A stretch of DNA of 64,000 nt. Origin: Eledone cirrhosa (taxonomy: Eukaryota). The position numbers and the translations under genes were made by a program. The notes under the pieces are model-generated. The model saw nothing but the letters and a program-made list of their open reading frames with translations, did no database searches and was not told the origin of the DNA. This document shows positions 26,790-37,400 of the stretch, in pieces. Each line of letters opens with the position of its first letter. Positions within the stretch are counted from its first letter, which is position 1. The DNA lies in assembly GCA_964016885.1 (NCBI GenBank), contig OZ024741.1, forward strand, positions 381,300,001-381,364,000, given 5' to 3'.

Positions 26790-29000
26790 AGTTAAACAAG
26801 ATTCAATGAGTATATCAAAGAATGAGTTTTACAGTAGATTGGAAGCACTCTACGATAAATAATTTTCCAGAGTTATAATACATAAATACCATTCCATTTT
26901 TATTAGACATACCATTAAACTCTCGTAGTCTACAACTATGAACATGGCACAAAACATTGCCAAATTAAACACTAAAATCCTAAAACAAAACCAGCATAAT
27001 GATCTTAATAATAGAGTTAACATAAATGATACTAAACCAAAATGTAATTGTAGAAATAAAACTGATTGCCCTTTGCAAAATAATTGTCTAGATAGTAATT
27101 TGGTTTATAAATGCACCGTAAAAACTGACCACAACACATACAACTACATAGGATCGACTTCTTCTATATTTAAAGCCAGATTTGCGAACCATAAATGCTC
27201 ATTCGCGAACTCCAAGAGGAAATCATCCACGTCTTTATCACATCTCATATGGTAATTACAAGAGAGGAATTTAAAATACTTCATTCTTTGGACAAAACTT
27301 CGGAACTGTGGAGTTTACCGCAACTCCAGTATATCAAATAACTGCGCGCTCTGTACAATGGAGACCCTGTTGATTATTAATAACTATAAGACCCTAATTA
27401 ACAAAAAAAGTGAATTATTCTCTAGTTGCCTCCATAAAGCTACGTCCACATTCTTAGCCTCCCACAAAACGATAAAAAAAGAGAGAGAAACACTTAACCA
27501 TTAAACACTTGGTTGTCAGAGGTAGATAATCAACAGGGAAAAAGATTAATGGCCTTTAATATTGCATTATCTTATAACTATCTATAGAATACATAACGCT
27601 CGAATGAAAGACACTTATTCAATAACATTCCGGAACATTGATATACATAACATAATATTATTAACTTTGATCCATACCATTATTTCTTTATTTCTCTATC
27701 TTTATCTTCCTATCTAAGTTTTAAATTTTAGTTTAATATCCAACCCATACATTTTTACGGAACTTATTTCTAACTGTGAATCTTTCATGTGTTTTTGATC
27801 TCTTATTTATAATATGTATGTAATTATATTTACTACGTTTTTAAATATACCTACTGCATTTTTATATCCATGATTCAAATATAGAGCAAATATACAAACT
27901 ATAAATTATCATAGACCTTATTTTGAACTCTAAATTAACCATGCATAATATATATATATATATGTATTTAACTATAACACGTTCGAACTTTATTATATAA
28001 AATTATAACCGTTATCATTTACCTAAAGTATACTGTATCCATAATACGTAATTTATATCCATATATACCTCCCTGTATCTTTCTATACATAATTTTTAGT
28101 TAACTTCTAAATTTCTGGATTATTATTATTTATTTCGAACTATGAATAATTAATGCATTTACACCCTGTTATATATAGGTATATATTTAATTTAGCATGC
28201 CTCAATCTATTATTTTATTTTTATTTTCGTTATCATTCACCTAAAATATACTGGCTCATTAATATATATCTATATACATAATCGTTATTTAAATATTTCT
28301 AACAAGAAGTACTTCATATAGATTTATATACCAAATATGTTGACAATGATTATATTCGGTAAAGTTTACATTTAGGAAAATATTCAACTGTGTAAACTCT
28401 CCTTTCCGCTGGCCAGCTAAATCCTTTAAATGTTATCCTCACAAAATTCAGAGGTTTAGAAATGTTAACACACTTATAGAATTTACAAAACTAATAAATA
28501 TAAATGACCAACAATTTAAAAAAAAAACACCCTAAACTCTTAATTCTTCACCCTAAAATAGCATAAATTAAATATTTTCAAACTTAACCGTTTAACTTTC
28601 GGAAAAAATCTCCTTCTAGATATATTACTCTTTATCTTTCCCTCTCTATATATCCTATTCCAGTGGCTCTCATTGACTGTTTTCCTAGATAAACATAAAT
28701 TGTAGTATCATACATTTTTAAATCTCTATAACTGTTACATTAAGCAACGTTTTTCTTACTCAGGAAATTCTCTATTGAATTTATTACGTTTTCACAATTT
28801 CTCATTATTAGGGTATAAATGTTAAACTTTCTCTTAGGTTAATCACTACCTTGATTAAATCTTAACCATTTAACATCTCAGGGTATGTCATGTATCATTA
28901 TATTTTGTCTGATGAGGACGTACTGTTGTACATCCGAAATATGTATAATAAATTGTAATTGATCAAAAGAACATCTATTTTATTAATATTTGTATTTTAA
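26790..29000 (+). mobile_element. Penelope-like element 3' remnant (GIY-YIG endonuclease region plus AT-rich tail)
   Basis: IKLS*STTMNM..KCNCRNKTDCPLQNNCL..LVYKCTV..YIGST..FKARFANHKCSF..LSHLIW. Long tail ending in a hammerhead motif, AATAAA and (TA)n. Confidence 0.88.
28904..28952 (+). ncRNA. Minimal hammerhead ribozyme motif, canonical core
   Basis: tttgt [CTGATGA] ggacgtac tgtt gtacatcc [GAAA] tatgta [TA] ataaa. Stem II pairs 7 of 8. Confidence 0.8.
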
Positions 29001-29019
29001 TATATATATATATATACAG

Positions 29020-30305
29020 ACGTGGAGAAGTAAATAAAAGAGTAAAACCGTTAAAACAGGTTTATTTAAACTAGCACCTACGTACGTTTCGCCCGAATGT
29101 GCTTCTTAAGGGCATAAACAACTAAAAAGCGTTCCTTACATGACCCGGAATGGGGTTTTAGAAATAAGTTCACGTCAGAGTTCATTCTTCGTAAAAAAAA
29201 CAAGTATTGATCTCACAGTAGGTCAAGGGAGATAACTCTAGGCGGTGTTAGGGCAGTATTTTCCGGACGACCTTTTTATCCGTTACTACTATGTGGTTAC
29301 TACCCTACCATTGTCGATACGCACAGGGTCAGGTATGCAACGTTAGTTTCGATATGTTTGTTTGCTGTACCTGCCTGCCTGGGTCGATTCATGCCGGGGC
29401 TGAGTGGCATGGTCAGTTTCGGGTGTTTTTTGCAGCGCCTGCCCGCCGGGATGTTAAAGTTTGGTGCAGGGAGACCCGGTTTACGGTTTCCACACCTCGT
29501 TCTTATTCCATCTGGAGTAGGATATTTTTAAGCAGTGTGTATAGCTCATCGTCGTTTCAACTCTGCTGTTGATGAGCTCGTTGGTTGTGATTATGATATG
29601 GTAGAGCTCCATGAGGCAAAGCTCGCACTTCCTCTTGAAGTTGTACGGTGCTGCTCTGCTGACAATTTCCCAGTGTGTGCAGAAGCTGATGATTGAGTCT
29701 TTTAATGCTGTGATGTAGTTCGCGGGCGAAGTGGAGTGTCTTAGTTTCTTGTTTGCGAAAGAGTGGAGATGTGTTCGAAATCTATTTTTGAACGGGCCAG
29801 AGGTAGCCCCTATATCATGTTTAACGCTATTATGGCTAGTTATGGTGCACTTATATATAACCCTATCAGTCAGGCAGTTACCGCTAAGGGCGCAGCCTCC
29901 CCTGTCGCGGCAGTTGCAGTTTCGGTCGCGGTGCCTTCTAGTTCCCAAGGTAAGGCTATTATTATTGCTATCTACGTCGTTACCTACGCTCCTACACCTG
30001 TTATTAGCACCATTATAACCCACTGCGTGCGGGGTGGTACCATTATTAATCCGCACGCAGCAGCGTATTCCATTGCCGTCAGATGACCCGCGCGGGTCAC
30101 CTGCATATTCCCCAGTCATGTAGCGGTTATGTTGGTTGCGTCTGTAGTGGCTGTTGCCAGCACTATTAGATGGTGCTAGGGAGTCGTTAAGGCCGATATA
30201 GTTGTTGTCAGGTGTAGGTGCATCGGTGCTAAGGTGCTGTGTCTTGGTGATCTTACTGTGATTAGTTGTTACTATGATGTCTGCTAGATTAGGAGTAGTA
30301 GAGAA
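29020..30305 (-). mobile_element. Penelope-like element 3' remnant (GIY-YIG region)
   Basis: ISFSTTPNL..CNCRDRGGCALSGNCL..VIYKCTI..DIGATSGPFKNRFRTH..WEIV..CELCLME..LINSR. Confidence 0.88.
29075..29114 (-). ncRNA. Degenerate minimal hammerhead motif
   Basis: Minus strand: tgcc(c) [(C)TTAAGA(A)] gc acattcgg gc [GAAA] cgtacg [TA] ggtg. Palindromic ACGTACGT. G5 is lost in either register. Confidence 0.6.
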
Positions 30306-30489
30306 GGATATATACATATATGTAGACATACATACACACACACACACACACATATATATACATACATACACATATTCGCATATAAACGCACGTACACACA
30401 AACATACGCATACATACGTAGGCCACTCATACCAAATCGTACATACATCCATTCATAAATATAAACATACACGCACACACATATACAGC

Positions 30490-32010
30490 ATAAAGATGAA
30501 GGACATGCGGAAAGGGCAGATAGGCAAGAAGTACTTACATGACATAGTGCCGTGTTTCGGGTCGAGAGGGGATAGATGTAGGGTAGGAGTAGGTGGAGGG
30601 GTATATTGTCCAATGTTTGTTTTTTAAAAAAGTAAATCTGTTTTAGCCATCTGGCATTAACACTGTCTTAAGTTATTTAAAAGTTACAAAGTTTTTGCGC
30701 ATGTAATTCGGGCAGTGTTTGTTCAGAGAGTTTGTTCAGTAGCGGGCCCTTGGCAAATAATATTTCGCAGCTCTCTGAAATACAAAGGTCGCAGTACCTG
30801 TGTCCTCTCTTGTATGAGCGTGCTTTCTGGAGTATTTTCCATTTAAGCGTGAATGGAGGAGGGGTTCCTTTTTAGGTCCCAGACATAGGAGGCGATGGTT
30901 GTCTGATTTTATTTGTCCGGTCTTCTGAAAGTGTGGGTATAGGCATACCACCGGGTCTTAAAATTATTGGAAGTCATGCTGATGTAAGTCATTTTGTTGC
31001 TGCTATCATCGGTGCCTGAGATGACATCACATTTGTATACACATTCAATTGTCAGGCATCTGTTTTCAAGTGGCCAGGCTTCCTTATTTAGGCAGTTGCA
31101 CAAGGTTTTAGTCCGGGGATTGGGTTCGGAGGTAGTTGGCTTATTTAAGTTTTTAGAATTGAGATTGGCTAATTTCCTAGATAGGTTAGGTGTAGTGGAG
31201 TAGGAGAGTATTATTGTGTTATTATTGAAGATGGTGTAGCACCTATGTTGTATGGGAAAGTGTGTGCTCAGCAAAGTGAAGAAAGTCCTAGCTACAGGTG
31301 TAGATACCTCTCTATTGAAGGGCGGGGGGGGGGGCTTGTACCAACTAATCTGCGTATGCTTATTCCTCCTAGGTAGTCTTGCGGTGGTTTCTAGGTAAGT
31401 TATCTTTTCATTAAATCCGCAGCGGGCGAGGGCGTCATTGTAGCAGGAGGCGGAGGCGTTAAATATATCTTCATTGTCCGACAGGCCAGAAATTCTAATT
31501 GAGACACTTTTTACTAAGTTATGAGTGATGTTTTTGGGGTGGTTAGAATTAACATTAATATATCTAAGGGACTCGTTAGGTGTGTGGTGCGCGTAATAGA
31601 GGGAATTATCTAGGTCGTGGCTGATATCTAAAAGTTAGCCCTAGTCATATTAGATTCTATGGTTATACTAAATCCTAGATAACGGAAGAACGAGCTTAAG
31701 TTTCTCCGAAACCCATCAGTGGTTGTGCAAGGCGAAGAGGCCGTCGTCTCGGTATAAACCACCGGTGAGGCCAGTAAAGAGGTTCTTTCAGGTGATATAA
31801 AATGTACAGGCCCACGAGGTCGCTTATTTCAACCGAATCATGCGCTCCCATGCTGACGTAAAAGGGGGTCTGAGACTTCTTGTTGATCCAGTAAGATCCC
31901 TCGTGGTGTAGGAAGGTCTTACGGGCATGGAGGATTACATCTTGCTCAGCGTCGGTTATGGTGGTAAAATTCCTGGCCAAAGTAAGTGTGAATGTGCTTG
32001 TCGCCACCTG
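30490..32010 (-). mobile_element. Penelope-like element remnant (RT plus GIY-YIG), many lesions
   Basis: ILHARKTFL..VSMGAHDSVEISDLVGLYIL, GLYRDDG (~31740-31760), SNHPKNI, ILSYSTTPNL..CNCLNKEAWPLENRCL..CVYKC..YISMT..FKTRWY. Confidence 0.88.
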
Positions 32011-32411
32011 GAATATATATTAAGAGAATCTTCACAATAAGGGGTATCACCCCAATACTTGAATCTGTTGATAGAACCCTTTCTGCCTTTGTCACCCTTA
32101 TTTCAGCCTTAAAGAATTAGCTTCTAAAGAATTTCCCTTTTCTTTAAACCATTGAACCCCACCCGTCCTATAGACACCTGTATTACAGGCATTGTTTGTC
32201 TAAGTGATAAACTAGGATTGGTATTCCAAATTTGAATTTGTTTACAGTATTCTTTCTGCCTTTGTTAATATTATAGCTTTAAAGAATTAGCTTTTAATGA
32301 ACTCCATTTTCTTTAAATCATTCAACCAATAACCTCCACATATCCCAATCCCCACACTCTCCTACCACCAGAAAAGAAAATATATAAATACCACTACTTA
32401 CTTGGACAGCC

Positions 32412-32462
32412 AGCTTCCTGATGATTTCTCACGAATTAAATAGTTCTAGTCCTATAGAAGCT
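32412..32462 (+). ncRNA. Degenerate hammerhead motif
   Basis: agcttc [CTGATGA] tttc tcac gaat [TAAA for GAAA] tag ttctagtc cta [TA] gaagct. Perfect 6-bp stem I. The 3' half recurs inverted at ~26060-26097. Confidence 0.6.
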
Positions 32463-32544
32463 CTTCTATACTAAAACTTTTATAGTCTGCTATGTATTGA
32501 GTACCCTACTTACTGTGGTTAACTCTCATTCAACGCGGAATAAC

Positions 32545-32699
<155 letters not shown>

Positions 32700-33138
32700 A
32701 ACCAGTAAGACCCCGACAGCTGAGCTGAAACATGAGAAGAAAGAAGAATACTGCGTGGTTGCACATGGGTTGCATATTATAAAATTACCCCTTCATCACT
32801 GATTTGCCAACCATCATTGATATTTCATCGCATTAAAAATCATATACCTCAGGGTGGTGCGAGCAATAACTAAAAAAAGCTATTGGGACAAGTAAATCGC
32901 GCAAAGCGAGTGAGACAAGTAAACAACATAGAAGGATGAAGCAACGCAAAGATGGGAATAAACAAGCAACATGGTTATCTGGTCAGCATAAGCTGGGTGG
33001 ATTTAATGAGCGATCAAGATACAGACCGTCCGACGTGAGTGAGATGTGAGCAACAAGAGAACCCACTACTAGCCAAACGGCAGGAAGTGAGAAGGCGAGA
33101 AACAGAGAGTGAGTGAGTGGAAGTGCGATATAAAAATA

Positions 33139-34147
33139 ATAATAACTAGAAATTGATTAACATATAAATAAACATCAATAATCACAGGAGATAATTTTTA
33201 CAAGTGTGTAACCACACATAGCTAGGTAGGTAACTAAATAAAGTTGTCCAGAACTTCAAATATGATTAATCTTCCCTGTATATATTTCATTAAATAAATA
33301 TATTTCACCAATTAATCGGATGGTAAACGACGGAAGTGGGGACTTGGATTTTCAATAAGGAAGAAGTTCCCGCAATCCGTGTTTACACTTTAAGTTCAAA
33401 TCTGCGACTGGCCATCACCACGTGTTGTATTTACTAGAAATACACACATCATAGTAGCTTCGTCACAGTGGCGTGAATAGGGATATCGGCAACTAGAAAG
33501 AGCAGTCGAGACCTTTCAACAGAGTTAGCTCTACAATTAAGGAGCCGTATTTATATATCTATATCCAAAATTAAGATAAAATAAATGAATTTAATCTAAA
33601 TCAAAATTATGGGTGTCATGCCAGAAAGACATGCGCCATATCACCCGGAAAATAAGCTCTAAGATTCTAACGAGTAGGTCCGAGAGTTTTATAATAACTG
33701 GAAATTGATTAACATATAAATAAACATGAATAATCACAGGAGATAATTTTTACAAGTGTGTAACCACACATAGCTAGGTAGGTAACTAAATAAAGTTGAC
33801 CAGAACTTCAAATATAGATACCTTATAATATGATTAATCTTCCCTGTATATATTCCATTAAAGAAATATATTTCACCAACTAATCGGATGGTAAACCACG
33901 GAAGTGGGGACTTGGATTTTCAACAAGGAAGAAGTTCCAGCAATCCGGGTTTACACTTTAAGTTCAAATTTGCGACTGGCCATCACCACGTGTTGTATTT
34001 ACTAGAAATACACACATCATAGTAGCTTCGTCCCAGTGGCGTGAATAGGGTTATCGGCAACTAGAAAGAGCAGTCGAGTCCTTTCAACAGAGTTAGCTCT
34101 ACAATTAAGGAGCCGTATTTATATATCTATATCCAAAATTAAGATAA
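33139..34147. repeat. ~440-bp direct repeat pair (33139-33579 and 33691-34147)
   Basis: High identity by eye. The second copy has a short insertion near 33812-33828. About 110 bp of unique spacer. Ends at (TA)n. Confidence 0.93.
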
Positions 34148-34299
34148 TTTTGTATATATATATATATATATATTAGAAAGTGACTTTTTTTACAGAATGA
34201 GAAAAGCCGAGGTGAACTACACGAGTGAAAGTATAAGGAAAAAAGATGAAATCGAAAATGCGACTGGGGTCTTTTTTTTTTAAAATATATTTATCTGGT

Positions 34300-34339
34300 T
34301 CCTTTGCCGGTTTCGCAGTTTTTCTGCTTTACAAAAGTA
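34300..34339 (-). ncRNA. Degenerate hammerhead motif, U3-A8 type
   Basis: Minus strand: tactt [TTGTAAA] gcag aaaaa ctgc [GAAA] ccgg [CA] aagga. Perfect stem II and palindromic loop. A6 and U16.1 are mutated. Confidence 0.55.
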
Positions 34340-34378
34340 GAATTGAAATGGAGGGTTTGTGGTTTTTCTCAGACACTA

Positions 34379-34385
<7 letters not shown>

Positions 34386-34445
<60 letters not shown>
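34386..34445. repeat. (TAA)n tract at the 5' flank of the R4-like element
   Basis: Direct reading. Confidence 0.97.
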
Positions 34446-34456
<11 letters not shown>

Positions 34457-37400
34457 AAAACCCAAAAAACGTAAAGAAAATAAGAATGAAGAGAGAAGCA
34501 GGCGGACGGACAGAGAAGAGGGGGGAAAAACTAAAACTTAGAAAACAAAAACTAAGTCAGACATTCGAACACTACATTACAATGAAACTTATGCTTATTC
34601 ATTTTTGGGGCCCTTTCTGCCTGTGTGTTTGTTTGTTTATGTGTGTTCGTATACAGCGTGGTGATAATGCCACACAAGGGCCAAGTGGAATGGCGGATCC
34701 ACAGATGGATATGTAACCATACATTCGCCAATCCTCGATAAGAGTGTTTAAATATCGAACATAAACAGTTCGAATAACGGTGAAATGGAGACTAGAACGT
34801 CATGTGACAGACTCTCACCCAACAGGTGCCCCCTGGCTCAGCAGCAGGAACCTGACTGTCAACCAAATACTGCTGATGTTGGAGGAAGGAGAAGAAGGAA
34901 AGGGGCCAGAACCAACTGGACGAAAGAATTGAATAGAACTGTTATGCAATGTTACCTGAAAAGTAACCCCAAGGAGAGGGGCTACAGGAGACGGATGCAT
35001 AACATCTGGAACGAGATTGGTTTATTTAAATTAGATGAACAAAAATTGGCCGGGCAGGCTCGGGTAATAAGAACTAATGGATGGATAAGCGAGCTGGAAC
35101 TGGAGGAACTGAGCAGAGAGAATGGCTTGGAGATGGCGGGTGTAGTATGCCAGACAAGCGAGCCAGTGGGAAATGAAGGTGAAGAGGTCCTGAGAACGGA
35201 GGAACCACCCGAAGCAGACAATGATCTGAATACTGAGATAAATAATACCTGGAACAGAGATACGGCCACTGAGGAGATGAATGCTGACGGGCTAGGACAA
35301 GATTCGGTTGACATCCTAAATTTAGTGGTAGATGAATTGAACAATGATAGTGGGAGACCTATGAACCTAAGATTTGTAGACAGGAAAAAGTTAAAAGAAA
35401 CAACAGCTAAGGTAAACAAAGTCATCCCATACCTTGAGGCGAGGAGCCTTCACCAGTGCAACAATATCCTCAAAGCAACAGCAAATACGGTGAGGAAACT
35501 ACTTCGTATAAAAGCGAGAGGAAACAACAGACAAGAAAGAGCAGAGCCGTGGTGGAAGAAGCGACTGAGTGGGCAAATCGGGGAAATGAGAAATGACATA
35601 GGAAAGCTTGAGTCACTACTGAATGGGACACTAAAAAACATAGACACTAAAAATAGACTGGAAATAAAATACAAAACTAGGAGGAAAAAGCTAAATATTA
35701 TCATAGAGGAACTGAAGCAACGCATTGTAGCAAAGAGTGCAAAAATCAGGCGATACGAGAACAGAGTCAGTCAGTATAAACAGAACCGCATGTTCGACAA
35801 CAACCAGAAGATGCTGTTTGGACAGCTTGAGGGGAAAGAAAGAGGCAACGACTTGATCCCTGGGGCGGAGCAAACTAAAACATTCTGGAGAGGAATATGG
35901 GAGCAGGATGTTAGACACAATGCCCAGGCAGGGTGGATTGAGACAGTACAGAGGGAGATCGGTGAGCAGGCACAGCAACAAACTGATTTGAGTATCACAG
36001 TTGAAACTCTTAAGGGGCAGGCCAAAAAACTAACCAACTGGAAATCACCAGGCCCAGATGGTGTGCAGGGGTATTGGATTAAACATTTAACATCCCTCCA
36101 CCCGAAGCTGACGGCCATGTTCAATGACTGCTTGGTGTCGGGTGAGGTGCCAGAGTGGTTGACAAAAGGTACCACAGTTCTGATAATGAAAGACCGAATC
36201 AAGGGTAATGATGTTACCAACTATAGACCTATCACATGTCTGTCCGTAATGTGGAAACTGTTGACGAGCATTGTGTCTGAGGAAATCTACCATCACCTCC
36301 ACACAAACAACTTGTTACCGGACGAACAGAAAGGATGCCGAAAGAAGTCACGTGGTACAAAGGACCAGTTGCTTATTGATAAGATGGTAATGGGGAACTG
36401 CAGGAGGAGACACACTGATCTTGCCATGGGATGGATAGACTACAGAAAGGCATTTGACATGGTGCCTCATTCCTGGATCACCAAAAGCCTGGAGATCTTC
36501 AGGGTGGCAGATAACATCAGACAGTTGCTAGGCAGGAGTATGGGGTCCTGGGAGACAGAGTTGACATCAACTGGAGTATCCTTGGGAAGCGTGAAGATCA
36601 AGAGAGGTATCTTCCAGGGAGATAGCCTGTCCCCTCTGTTGTTTGTCCTTGCCCTGATGCCCTTGACCATTATGCTGCGAAAAGTGAGAGCAGGATACAA
36701 GTTGGGAAGGGGAGAGCTTACCATCAATCACCTCCTCTTCATGGACGATCTTAAGCTCTTCGGGAAAAGTGAGAAGGAGTTGGATGTGCTTGTTGACACT
36801 GTCCGTATTTTCAGCAGTGATATATGTATGCAGTTTGGTATTGGTAAATGTGGAGTCATTGTGATGAAGAGGGATAGGTTGAGCAGAAGTGACGGGATCC
36901 AGATACCAACAGGTGAGATGATAAAGGAAATTGACTCTGAGGAAGGATACAAGTATTTGGGCGTTCTGGAGGCTGATGGCATAAAGAACAAAAAAATGAA
37001 GGAATTGTTAAGAACTGAATACATTCGGAGAGTAAGGAGCGTATTGAAGTCACATCTGAACAGCAGAAATGCCATAAGCGCAGTAAATTCCCGAGCTGTG
37101 TCTATTATTAGGTACAGTGCGGGAATTCTGAGATGGAATGTTGCTGAACAAAAAGAAATGGATAGGAAGACTAGGAAGCTATTGACTATCTACAACATGT
37201 TCCACAAGAGGAGTGATGTCGATAGACTCTACCTAAGGAGATCTGAGGGTGGAAGAGGTCTTATCAGCATAGAGGACTGTGTTCAGATGGAGAAAAACAA
37301 CCTATACAAATACGTGACCTATAGTAAGGAGCCAATGCTCAGAACTGTACTGAAGGAGGGGACAGTAGGCCAGGGGATGTCCAAGGAGGAAATAACATCA

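Noticed and set aside
30306-30452. N-terminus of the 323-aa ORF 29481-30452
   Set aside because: Microsatellite-derived. PLE homology starts near ISFSTTPNL.
33500-33548. Minus-strand hairpin plus GAAAGGTCTC in the 440-bp repeat
   Set aside because: The upstream core reads CTTAATT, too far from CUGANGA.
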